From assembly GCA_000830295.1 (NCBI GenBank), contig CP010425.1:64001-128000 (forward strand): a DNA stretch of 64,000 bases. Direction: 5' to 3'. The notes below the pieces were generated by a model. That model did no database searches, had not been told where the DNA came from, and was given only the letters and a program-made list of their open reading frames with translations. The position numbers were made by a program, and so were the translations under genes. This DNA is from an archaeon GW2011_AR15 (GTDB lineage: Archaea > Nanobdellota > Nanobdellia > Woesearchaeales > GW2011-AR15). Of the stretch, positions 47,170 through 56,039 are shown in pieces. How positions within the stretch are numbered: position 1 is the first letter of the stretch; every line of letters begins with the position of its first letter.

Positions 47170-48678
47170 ATGAAAGAAACTGCGAATTCTAAAGGGGCAA
47201 AAATCTTCCGATGGAATGAAGAAGACATTGAGAGAATTCGTAAAGAAAATACTGAATCTAGTAAAGAGTTTAAAGAGGCTTATAATGAATGGAGAAAAGA
47301 AAAGAAGCGCCCGCATTACCATATACCTAAACGTAAAGATATTATAAAAAAAATATACCGACCAAAGAAAAATAAGCCAAAGTGGTTAACACCAAATTTT
47401 AAGAGTAGTATACTTCTCCTTTTTGTAATTATTTTAGTTCTATTTTTATATAATGTCTTCATAAATAGACCTGTAAATGAAGGAGCACAAAAACTAGTAA
47501 ATCAAACTGTTGAAGAGAATATCTCGTTTCAGGAATATATCAACACACCTTCAGAATATTATAACGAGAAAATCACTCTAAAAGGTTATCTCTCACTTAC
47601 ACCTTCAAATGACAAGGAAAATTCTCTTTTAGTGCCCGTTATTATAGACGACAAAAATACTCAAATTAAACTTGCTAAAGTTACTTCTAATTTTTATTCC
47701 TTATTTCCAAAAAGTGCAAAAACCATAGAGGTATACGAAGTCAATGGTATCTTTAAGAGATATGGAGATTCTTTTAATGTTGAGGTAAACAACATAAAAC
47801 TATCAAAGAAGGAGTCAAAAATTATACAAGTTTCTATTAATGAAAATGTTGCAGATAAAACAAAAGATTCATTTATTACAAATATACTAAATATATTTAA
47901 GAGCAATTTCCAAGAAACAATTTTTTATAATTGCAGTGATGGAACTAATCATAACGGCTGTTCATCAAGTAAGCCATTTTATTGTACTAATGGGACCTTA
48001 ATCGAAAAACCAAACACCTGTGGCTGCCCTGAAACGCTAAAATTATCAAATAGCAAGTGCATGGAAACTTGCTCGGATGGGACCATAGTAGGTAGCTGCT
48101 CTAGTAATAAACCATATTATTGCGATAATAAAAAATTAATTGAAAGACCGTCTAGTTGCGGCTGCAAGAATAATGAAGTACTAAGTAATGATAAGTGCGT
48201 GAGCCAGGTTGAATATATCGAATTAAAGGTTCATGAATATACCAACTTGGAAAGAGAGAGAAACGGATTGGATTTACTTGAGTGGGATTATGAAATAAAT
48301 AATATTGCAAGAGAACATAGTGAGGATATGATAACTAGGGCTTTCTTCTCTCATACAAATCCAGATGGCGATGAACCTACGGATAGAGGAGAAAAGCATG
48401 GATATGATTGTAGAAAGGATTATGGTTCATACTATACTTATGGTCTGGCGGAGAATATACATCAGGGATGGACGTATGGTTCAACCTACTATATAGATGG
48501 AATAGAATCTGGGAAAGATTGGCTAACGTCAGATGAAATTGCCAAAACTGCTGTCGATGGATGGATGAATAGCCCTGGCCACAGAGAAAATATACTAGAA
48601 CCCAACTATGATAGAGAGGGTATTGGTGTAGGAATCTCTTTTGATGGTAAAGTATTTGTAACACAAAATTTCTGTTAA
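47170..48678 (+). CDS. Membrane-anchored CAP (SCP/Tpx) domain protein with two Cys-rich repeats
   Basis: TM segment, CSDGT...CSSxKPxYC...CGC twice, then NLERERNGL, AREHSEDM, FFSH, WMNSPGHRENIL, TQNF. Confidence 0.88.
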   Translation: MKETANSKGAKIFRWNEEDIERIRKENTESSKEFKEAYNEWRKEKKRPHYHIPKRKDIIKKIYRPKKNKPKWLTPNFKSSILLLFVIILVLFLYNVFINRPVNEGAQKLVNQTVEENISFQEYINTPSEYYNEKITLKGYLSLTPSNDKENSLLVPVIIDDKNTQIKLAKVTSNFYSLFPKSAKTIEVYEVNGIFKRYGDSFNVEVNNIKLSKKESKIIQVSINENVADKTKDSFITNILNIFKSNFQETIFYNCSDGTNHNGCSSSKPFYCTNGTLIEKPNTCGCPETLKLSNSKCMETCSDGTIVGSCSSNKPYYCDNKKLIERPSSCGCKNNEVLSNDKCVSQVEYIELKVHEYTNLERERNGLDLLEWDYEINNIAREHSEDMITRAFFSHTNPDGDEPTDRGEKHGYDCRKDYGSYYTYGLAENIHQGWTYGSTYYIDGIESGKDWLTSDEIAKTAVDGWMNSPGHRENILEPNYDREGIGVGISFDGKVFVTQNFC

Positions 48679-48693
48679 GTTATATCCTAAGAA

Positions 48694-49017
48694 TTACCTA
48701 AGCCCTGAACTGTAATGCCTGGCTAACATATGGAATAAATGTTCGGGGATAGGCCACCTATAAATTACTCTGTCCCCTCCTCCTTCTGATGGGATTCTGA
48801 CAATTTTAGAGACTGCAAGGTTGCTTATTGATGACATCTCTGTCCTGCTTTTTACAAGGACATCTGCCAGTTCTTCAAGTGTTTCTTTTTCAAAAGCCTT
48901 GATATCCTGGTCTTCATCCACAATATTAGTCGGGGTATATCCGAATCCGTCTTCCTTTCGGACTCCGTTTACATAAACTGTGGTGCAATAGACCGTGCCA
49001 TGCAGCATGTTAACCAT
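48694..49017 (-). CDS. Hypothetical protein
   Basis: ORF with an AT-rich promoter-like upstream region; start uncertain. Confidence 0.5.
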   Translation of the reverse strand: MVNMLHGTVYCTTVYVNGVRKEDGFGYTPTNIVDEDQDIKAFEKETLEELADVLVKSRTEMSSISNLAVSKIVRIPSEGGGDRVIYRWPIPEHLFHMLARHYSSGLR

Positions 49018-49110
49018 AACTTCAGGAAGGGGATATTTATTTATAAAAATATTCATTTAACAGTAGTAAAGATAGGTAAATTTATATATATCCTGTATCT
49101 ACTTTTCTGA

Positions 49111-49404
49111 ATGGCAGATTTAAACAATATTGTAAGAAAAATGCTTCTTGAGGATTATGGTATAGCACAGGGTGCAATAGATGGTATCCTTAAAGGAGGC
49201 AAAAATTATCAGGTTATAGACGAGGATTATGTCAGGCCAACTATGAACCCCAGGGCAAATCTTCCTCTGGAGAGCCATGGCGGTGCGTTCTTTTATTACA
49301 AGACAATAAGAGATGCTCTGGAATCTGCTTTGGCATTCGGCCAGATTTCTGAGGAGCAGCTGCCTCCAAGATCACCGCAGTACCTTAGCGTTTTGGTCAA
49401 ATAA
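49111..49404 (+). CDS. Hypothetical protein
   Basis: TTTATATA box about 25 nt upstream. Confidence 0.55.
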   Translation: MADLNNIVRKMLLEDYGIAQGAIDGILKGGKNYQVIDEDYVRPTMNPRANLPLESHGGAFFYYKTIRDALESALAFGQISEEQLPPRSPQYLSVLVK

Positions 49405-49454
49405 TTTTTTCTGAATTCACTAAATTTAAATATAACTTCCTTTCCTTTCAGCGG

Positions 49455-49811
49455 ATGGCAGAGCTGCTGGATGCTTTATTTGATGAGGACGGAGAGATAG
49501 ATCTATCCAGCGAGCGTCTTAATGTGGGCTGGGTTAATGTAGACGGGAAAATGATTGCCGCTGCCTGCTTCACGCACCCCATATGGTATAAGGGCGCCAG
49601 AGGTGTTCTTGTAACCGAAGGCCTTGCGGATAAATACAACACTGAAGTAAAACAGGAGAGCTACGTGTATTCCATAATCCCTGAAAAAGAGACGCTGCCT
49701 GAGAGTTATTCTGTGCTTGAGACTCTTGCTGCAAATCTGGCAAAGAAAGGGTTTCCTGTCGTATTCTCCGATGATAAAAGTTACAGAAGACTGGAATATG
49801 TAAGCAATTAA
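49455..49811 (+). CDS. Hypothetical protein
   Basis: TTTAAATA box upstream. Confidence 0.55.
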   Translation: MAELLDALFDEDGEIDLSSERLNVGWVNVDGKMIAAACFTHPIWYKGARGVLVTEGLADKYNTEVKQESYVYSIIPEKETLPESYSVLETLAANLAKKGFPVVFSDDKSYRRLEYVSN

Positions 49812-49887
49812 ATAATAACCCATTCTTAAATAGTCAAAAAATTTTATAAGCATATCTCCATTACCTTTTCATAATGAGGTGGTCAGT

Positions 49888-50241
49888 ATGAGCAATTTGC
49901 CGGCATTTTCTGAGCCGTTGGAAAACTTTCTTAATAAAAAGGGGACTTTGGAAGAATACTTAATAGTTGATTTCTGGGCGCCCTGGTGCATGCCATGCAG
50001 GGTGCTTGACCCTGTAGTGGAAGAGCTGAGCAATGATTACAGGGGAAAAATAGGGTTCTATCAGATAGATGCTGATGTGCACCCGAAAATAGCCCGGGAG
50101 TATGAGGTCTTGGGCATACCTACTCTGGCTTTCCTGAAGGCAGATAATGGAAAATACAGTGTTGAAGAATTAGGGAGAATAGTCGGAGTCCAGCCAAAGC
50201 ACAGGATAGAAGAAAAGATTAAGGAATATTTTTATTCCTGA
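49888..50241 (+). CDS. trxA: Thioredoxin
   Basis: VDFWAPWCMPC and IPTL cis-Pro motif; SD GAGGTG. Confidence 0.9.
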   Translation: MSNLPAFSEPLENFLNKKGTLEEYLIVDFWAPWCMPCRVLDPVVEELSNDYRGKIGFYQIDADVHPKIAREYEVLGIPTLAFLKADNGKYSVEELGRIVGVQPKHRIEEKIKEYFYS

Positions 50242-50357
50242 TTTCTCCTCTGAAAAACTCTTTAGGCAAATTATTTAGTTTTCTTTACACTGGACTTTCT
50301 AGTGTGAGATATATAAACTAATCATTTAGATTACACTCTAATAAAAGTGAGCTATTT

Positions 50358-51173
50358 ATGGAAAGTCCAAGATGGATTATTGATATTGAAGATTTGCTCT
50401 CAACGTATGAGTATTTTATACCAAAAACAAAAATTTTACAGGCAGAAAAATGGCTTCCGCTGGAGGATAGTTCGAGATTGTCTTGTGAGTTTGCTTATCT
50501 CCTGGGGAAATCATTTGGTGACGGCCATCTTGATAAAAGATTTACATTCAAACACTCGGGTGAGAAAGAAAATCAAGAGCAATTAAAATATTTTTTAATA
50601 GAAACTTTTGACTTGTCAGATAGCTCGGTTAAATTAATAGAGAACAAATACTCAAAGGGAAGCTCAACAATTCTTCAAGTAAACAATTCAATATTCGGTC
50701 GCATTCTATATACACTCGGTGCCCCAATTGGAAATAAAACAAAACAGTCCTTTCTGGTACCTACGTGGATTATTGAAAATAAAGAGAACTCTAGATCTTT
50801 TCTAAGGGGGATTTTAGAAGATGAATTATCAACTATAAAAATCAGGAATAAAACTCACTCTTCTAGTGCAATGTTAAAAATGACAAAAAGACCAGGGCTA
50901 ATAGCCTCGCTACGTGAGTTTCTAGAAGAGATAGGGCATATGCTAGAAAGCTTAGATATTGAATGCAGTGAAGTTTCAGGTAAGACTTACTCCAAAAAAG
51001 AACAAAAAACGCAGGAATTATATCTCCTCATACACGGTAATAAGAAGAATATTTTACAGTTTAGAGATAATATCGGGTTTAGATTGCACAAGAGGAAAAT
51101 CAACGAATTAGAAAATTGTTGCAAGATAATTGAGAATTCTTTATTGAAAGAAGATGCGGGAGACCGGATTTGA
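50358..51173 (+). CDS. Free-standing two-motif LAGLIDADG endonuclease-like protein
   Basis: FAYLLGKSFGDGHL, LGAPIGNK...VPTWI, FLRGILEDE, FRDNIGF; no intein splicing termini. Confidence 0.82.
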   Translation: MESPRWIIDIEDLLSTYEYFIPKTKILQAEKWLPLEDSSRLSCEFAYLLGKSFGDGHLDKRFTFKHSGEKENQEQLKYFLIETFDLSDSSVKLIENKYSKGSSTILQVNNSIFGRILYTLGAPIGNKTKQSFLVPTWIIENKENSRSFLRGILEDELSTIKIRNKTHSSSAMLKMTKRPGLIASLREFLEEIGHMLESLDIECSEVSGKTYSKKEQKTQELYLLIHGNKKNILQFRDNIGFRLHKRKINELENCCKIIENSLLKEDAGDRI

Positions 51174-51266
51174 ACCGGCGAACTCACTAAGAGACAGGAT
51201 GACCAAGGTACAACCAAGGCTGTCCACTTAAGTCCTGCGGATTTGACCATGCTTTCCTACTCCCGC
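51155..51266 (-). tRNA. tRNA-Leu(TAA) with 26-nt intron
   Basis: Acceptor GCGGGAG/CTCCCGC, stem CAGGA/TCCTG, loop CT-TAA-G|A, long variable arm, T-arm GCCGG-TTCAAAT-CCGGT. Confidence 0.92.
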
Positions 51267-51384
51267 ATAGTATTTTAGAATCTGACTAGGATTTAAAAAG
51301 TTGTCTAAATGCCCTGTTCAGACTCTTTAAATATTGATCTTTTCCACAATCTTTAAATATAGTCTATTTAGTTATCCACCACAA

Positions 51385-51900
51385 ATGGATGCTAAAAGCT
51401 TTTTACTGGGTGCTGCTGCCGGAGCGCTTGTGCTATATTCTGCTTTATCACTGGCAGGAAAAGATGCAAAGTATTTTTATACTTTGAACAGGATTGAGAA
51501 TGCTTCTTTTTACGCTGATATGACCCGGGACAATGCTGTAACCTATGGATTATGCAATGTAGAAGGCATTAGCATAACAACAGAGAAATGGAGCCTTGAT
51601 GCTGTAGTCCAGGTAATGCTTGACGAGACGCAGGAAAGCTGCCAGAACCCATGGCCGCAGACAGTAGAAGTATGGGAAGCAAGAGGCCTTCTGGATGCCG
51701 GTACAGGAGAGCCTGTAGGATATGAGCTTATCTTCAGGCCAACATATATAGGGGTTAACCTGGATATGGAGAATATTATGGGATTTAACTCTAATGGCCC
51801 TGCTATTCTGGATACTCTGACCCTGACAACCAGGAAAACATTATCCGTAGGTTATGCAGACGCTCCGGTCGGAACATTCTATGATGTAGTTGAGAATTAA
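51385..51900 (+). CDS. Hypothetical membrane-anchored or secreted protein
   Basis: N-terminal hydrophobic segment after ATG 51385. Confidence 0.6.
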   Translation: MDAKSFLLGAAAGALVLYSALSLAGKDAKYFYTLNRIENASFYADMTRDNAVTYGLCNVEGISITTEKWSLDAVVQVMLDETQESCQNPWPQTVEVWEARGLLDAGTGEPVGYELIFRPTYIGVNLDMENIMGFNSNGPAILDTLTLTTRKTLSVGYADAPVGTFYDVVEN

Positions 51901-51903
51901 TCT

Positions 51904-52806
51904 CTAATTAACCAGCCCTTCAACAATAGTTCCTGCATTTGCCTTAAGCAGTTCAAGATATGTCGGAGCCGGGCCGTCGGCTTCAGAAAGTGAATCGACA
52001 TACAGCACTCCTCCGAACTTCGCTCCTGTCTGGGCCGCAACTGTCCTCTGCGCCTTGTCATTGACTGTGCTCTCGCAGAACACAGCAGGGATATTATTTT
52101 CTGCAACCTCATCAATAACATACTTTATCTGCTGGGGCGTCCCCTCCTGGTCAGAGTTGACAGCCCACAAATACAACTCTCCCATCCCGTAATCCCTTGT
52201 CAGGTAGGAGAATGCGCCCTCGCATGTTGCAAGCACCCTCTGATTCGAAGGCAGTGATGACAATTCTTCCCTAAGGTAATTATCAACCTCTTTGATTTCA
52301 TTAATATAATCCTCTGCGTTCTCCCTGAATGCTGCCTCATTCTCAGGATCCAAATCAATAAACGCATCTCTTATGTTTTCTACATAAATAATTGCATTTG
52401 TAGGGGACATCCATGAGTGCGGGTTAGGCCTGCCGTCAAAAGGCCCTCCGGAAATCATTATAGGGGTTATGCCTTCAGTCAGTGTTGCATGCGGGACATC
52501 AGGGGCATTTGCATAGAATCTTTCTGCCCATGCTTCCAGCCCGAAGCCGTTGTCAAGTATGAAATCAGCGTCCTGCGCCCTTACAATATCGCTCGGCGTC
52601 GGCTCGTAATGATGAATCTCCGCTCCCGGCTTTGTGATTGAAACAACTTCAATTTTATCTCCGGCGACATTTGAAGCCATGTCTGCAAGGATAGTGAAAG
52701 TCGTAAGGACTTTCTTTTTCTCAGGTCCTGATTCTGCGGAGATCTGGCAGGCTACTGTCAGCAACAGCAGGACGAGCGCAGCAGCTACTAACATGGGTTT
52801 ATCCAT
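51904..52806 (-). CDS. Mn/Fe ABC transporter substrate-binding protein (TroA/SitA family)
   Basis: Lipobox TVAC, EIHHYEPTP, NPHSW, CEGAFSYL, VDSLS. Confidence 0.93.
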   Translation of the reverse strand: MDKPMLVAAALVLLLLTVACQISAESGPEKKKVLTTFTILADMASNVAGDKIEVVSITKPGAEIHHYEPTPSDIVRAQDADFILDNGFGLEAWAERFYANAPDVPHATLTEGITPIMISGGPFDGRPNPHSWMSPTNAIIYVENIRDAFIDLDPENEAAFRENAEDYINEIKEVDNYLREELSSLPSNQRVLATCEGAFSYLTRDYGMGELYLWAVNSDQEGTPQQIKYVIDEVAENNIPAVFCESTVNDKAQRTVAAQTGAKFGGVLYVDSLSEADGPAPTYLELLKANAGTIVEGLVN

Positions 52807-52807
52807 G

Positions 52808-53674
52808 CTAAATCATCTCCTGCTTTGACTCATGCCTGAGCCTGCGCACTGCAAGCAGTCCCCTTTTAGGCGCGAGTATCATTGCAGCTACAAATATCAG
52901 GGCCTGCAGGACTACAATAGTCCCGCCTGTTGATGCATCAATAAGGTAACTGATGTATGTTCCAGCTACGCTTGAGAAGACCCCGCATGCTATTGCAAGC
53001 ATCATCATGTGGTCAAACCTGTCAGTCAAAAGATAGGCAAAAGAGCCCGGTGTTATAAGCATTGCAATTACCAGTATAATCCCTACTGTAATCTGCGAGG
53101 CAACAACAGTAAGGGCAAGCAGGGAAAACAGTGCATAGTACAGGAAATCAGTGTTCAGCCCTATTGAGCGGGCATGGTTCTGGTCAAAGCAGTACAGCAG
53201 CAGGTCTTTCCTAAGTATAAAGACCCCGAGCAGCGTGATAAGGCTTATAATTACTGTCTGGACAATATCAGAGGGAAGCATGCCCAGCACATTCCCGAAT
53301 AATATGTGGGTTATATCGACAGTGCTGGGGGTTTTGGATATTATGACAATGCCAAGTGCAAAAAAGCCTGTGAAAACAACGCCTATTACTGCATCTTCCT
53401 TTATCCTTGTTTTTGATTTTATGTAGCCGATGGCTATTGTCGCCCCGAATCCGAATATGAATGCACCTATTGCAAAAGGGATCCCTAGTATGTAGGAAAC
53501 TGCAACTCCGGGCACCACTGAATGTGAGATCGCATCTCCCATAAGCGACCATCCTTTCAGCGTGATATAGCATGAGAGGACTGCACAGACCAGCCCGACA
53601 AGGGCGCTGACCAGCACTGCCTTTACCATGAAGTCATAGGCAAACGGCGCAAGGACAGCCTGAAGCAGGCTCAT
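52808..53674 (-). CDS. Mn/Fe ABC transporter permease
   Basis: SLMGDAISHSVVPG, KEDAVIG, HILFGN. Confidence 0.93.
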   Translation of the reverse strand: MSLLQAVLAPFAYDFMVKAVLVSALVGLVCAVLSCYITLKGWSLMGDAISHSVVPGVAVSYILGIPFAIGAFIFGFGATIAIGYIKSKTRIKEDAVIGVVFTGFFALGIVIISKTPSTVDITHILFGNVLGMLPSDIVQTVIISLITLLGVFILRKDLLLYCFDQNHARSIGLNTDFLYYALFSLLALTVVASQITVGIILVIAMLITPGSFAYLLTDRFDHMMMLAIACGVFSSVAGTYISYLIDASTGGTIVVLQALIFVAAMILAPKRGLLAVRRLRHESKQEMI

Positions 53675-54459
53675 GACAGCAGCACCTCTCTTTCAATGGA
53701 AGATGCATTACTATTTCGCTTCAGGCTCAGAAGCACGCCTCCAAAAGCATCTGTAATATTGCCTTCTGTAAAGACCTCTTCAGTGCGGCCATATGAGCGC
53801 AGTGTCCTGTTAATCATAATCACATGGTCGCAGAATCTTGGGACTGAATTCAGGTCATGCGTTGATACCAGTATAGTGCTTCCCTGCCTGCTCAGCTCTA
53901 TAAGCAGTTCAATTATCGCGTGCTCTGTCTTTGCGTCCACTCCTGTAAAAGGCTCATCCAACAGCATTATATTGCCCTGCTGGGCCAGTGCCCTGGCAAG
54001 GAAAACCCTTTTTCTCTGCCCGCCGGACAGCGCTCCGATTTGCCTGTCCTTAAACTGCGTCATGTGCACTCTCTCAAGGCACTCGGCAGCAACATCTTCA
54101 TCTTCTTTGGAGGGCTTCCTCAGAAAATTCATATGGCCGTATCTTCCCATCATGACAACCTCCCTTACGCTTACAGGAAAATTCCAGTCAATCTCCTCAG
54201 ACTGCGGCACATATGCAATCAGGTTTTTTTTCTGTGCTTCCCTGTTGGAAAGGCCATTGATAGCAACACTGCCTCCTGAAGGCCTGATGAATCCCATAAT
54301 TGCCTTGAACAGCGTTGATTTTCCCCCTCCGTTGGGACCGACAAGGCCGTTGATAGTGCCCGGCTGCAGCTCAAGATTGATACCACTTATTGCGACTTTC
54401 CCATCGTATGCCACGAATAGGCCCTCTGTCTTTATAGCTGGCTGTATTTTATTTTTCAT
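53671..54459 (-). CDS. Mn/Fe ABC transporter ATPase
   Basis: GPNGGGKST, LSGGQ, LLDEP, STHDL. Confidence 0.94.
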   Translation of the reverse strand: MKNKIQPAIKTEGLFVAYDGKVAISGINLELQPGTINGLVGPNGGGKSTLFKAIMGFIRPSGGSVAINGLSNREAQKKNLIAYVPQSEEIDWNFPVSVREVVMMGRYGHMNFLRKPSKEDEDVAAECLERVHMTQFKDRQIGALSGGQRKRVFLARALAQQGNIMLLDEPFTGVDAKTEHAIIELLIELSRQGSTILVSTHDLNSVPRFCDHVIMINRTLRSYGRTEEVFTEGNITDAFGGVLLSLKRNSNASSIEREVLLS

Positions 54460-54483
54460 TTTTCATTTTTCATTCCCAAAGAA

Positions 54484-54885
54484 TCAGGAATTTGGTATTG
54501 GCTCTCCGTGCGGATCTGTCTTCGGATTCCCCAGAAACTCCCTTATTTTTTTTATTGATTTGTCGCTGAAGGCATGCTCAAGCCTGTGGGCTTCATCATG
54601 AATCTCCTTCCTGTCCATCTTCAGCACTTCTGTCAGGAACAGCTCTATAATCCTGTGTTTCATCGTAAGCTTTCTTGCAATCTCCCTCCCTTTTTTTGTC
54701 AGGCACGGGGAGGCATATTTTTCATATGTGGCAAGCCCTTCTTTATCCAGTTTCTTTACCATTTCAGTCACACTCGGCTTTGCAATATTGAGCTTTTCAG
54801 CTATTTCAGTTATAGACGGCTCTTTATTCTTCTCCTCCATAAGATAGAACTCCCTCAGATAGTCCTCCCTGCTCGCTGATTCCAT
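54484..54885 (-). CDS. DtxR/MntR-family metal-dependent repressor
   Basis: REDYL, KPSVTEM, KHRIIELFL, EAHRLEH, DPHGEPIP. Confidence 0.93.
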   Translation of the reverse strand: MESASREDYLREFYLMEEKNKEPSITEIAEKLNIAKPSVTEMVKKLDKEGLATYEKYASPCLTKKGREIARKLTMKHRIIELFLTEVLKMDRKEIHDEAHRLEHAFSDKSIKKIREFLGNPKTDPHGEPIPNS

Positions 54886-54886
54886 A

Positions 54887-54906
54887 ATGTTAGGTAAGCC
54901 TAACAT
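54887..54906. promoter_or_regulatory. DtxR-type operator palindrome
   Basis: ATGTTAGG-TAAG-CCTAACAT between the TATA box and the repressor ATG; resembles the DtxR TTAGGTTAGCCTAA consensus. Confidence 0.85.
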
Positions 54907-54964
54907 ATATTTAAATCTTTGGATTACGATAAAGTATTTTAATCAAAGGCGCTTCTGTGCCGGA

Positions 54965-55471
54965 ATGAAGAAGATAAAATTTGATAAGAAATTGTCTCTC
55001 TATGCCGTGCTGCTGTTAGCAGCCCTGGCTGCCCTCATGATTTTTGGAAAAACAACTCTTTTGCTGCAGGTAGCACTGTTTATCTTCTGCTTTTTCTTCA
55101 TGCTGAGATTCGGCTCTGCATTCCCGCTGGATCTCGACCCTGTTCCGTTCTGCGGCCTTGTGGTACTGCAGACCAGCGGCATGACTTCAGCAATACTCTT
55201 TCTTGTGCTTGCAGCCATTGCCATAGATATGCCTACAGGAAGATTCAACCATTTCACCCTGATCAACCTGGCCTCGTCGCTTTCAGCAGTCCTTGTTTTC
55301 AGCTATCTCCTTCCGACAAATTTTGCTATTGTGCTGGGCATACTGCTTTTTGACATCACCAGAATACTTATTGCACTGGCTCTGAGGCTCGGCCCGCAGA
55401 CTATACTCTTCTCAGCACTGCACGGAGCAATCTATGCTGTACTAGGAAGTGTCGTAATCTTGTTTATCTAG
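54965..55471 (+). CDS. Hypothetical membrane protein
   Basis: About 6 hydrophobic segments. Confidence 0.65.
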   Translation: MKKIKFDKKLSLYAVLLLAALAALMIFGKTTLLLQVALFIFCFFFMLRFGSAFPLDLDPVPFCGLVVLQTSGMTSAILFLVLAAIAIDMPTGRFNHFTLINLASSLSAVLVFSYLLPTNFAIVLGILLFDITRILIALALRLGPQTILFSALHGAIYAVLGSVVILFI

Positions 55472-55541
55472 CAAAATTTATATAGTTATTTCTTATTTTA
55501 GATATCAAAAAAGAAATAATTTCCTAAAGTATATATAAAAA

Positions 55542-56039
55542 ATGAAATATATAACTCAAAAGGATATGAGAAAGCTGATAGGCTCAGTCAGCAGCCAGAG
55601 GGATTCCCTGGTAATCAGAATTATTTATGAGACCGGATGCTCCCTAAAAGAGCTTGCTGGAATTAAAGTCTCGGATATCGCAGGCAACATGATAAGGACA
55701 GGAAAAGCAGCAAGGTTCTCCCAGATATCCGGGAAGCTATCAAAAGACCTTAAGCTTTACACAGAAGGGAATAGCATCAAAAAAGAGTCATTATTATTTG
55801 ACATATCCGGCAGAAGAATTTCACAGCTGACAGAATCCCATGCTGAAAAAATACTCGGAACCAGGTTAACACCCCATGATCTAAGGAACCTCCACATAAT
55901 GCATGCCTATCTCAATGGTGTTTATCTGGAAAACATAGCCGGCCAGACTGGGTTAAGTGAGCTTAGGATATTCCAGATAATAAGCAGTTTCAATGTAAAA
56001 CCTGAAAGAAACTACGGGAATTTCCTGAAGAGAACCTAG
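55542..56039 (+). CDS. Degenerate tyrosine recombinase-like protein (catalytic domain only)
   Basis: RDSLVIRIIYETGCSLKEL and TPHDLR boxes; first Arg, second His and nucleophile Tyr positions not conserved. Confidence 0.75.
   Translation: MKYITQKDMRKLIGSVSSQRDSLVIRIIYETGCSLKELAGIKVSDIAGNMIRTGKAARFSQISGKLSKDLKLYTEGNSIKKESLLFDISGRRISQLTESHAEKILGTRLTPHDLRNLHIMHAYLNGVYLENIAGQTGLSELRIFQIISSFNVKPERNYGNFLKRT

Noticed and set aside
50358-51173. Intein or intron-encoded endonuclease
   Set aside because: No host extein or splicing residues; the ORF lies outside the 26-nt tRNA intron.
53696-54601. 301-aa plus-strand ORF, and similar antisense ORFs such as 1775-2374, 3226-3780, 14539-15018, 23213-23854, 25254-25922 and 44422-44868
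   Set aside because: Shadow frames opposite well-supported genes, with Ser/Phe-rich composition and no motifs.
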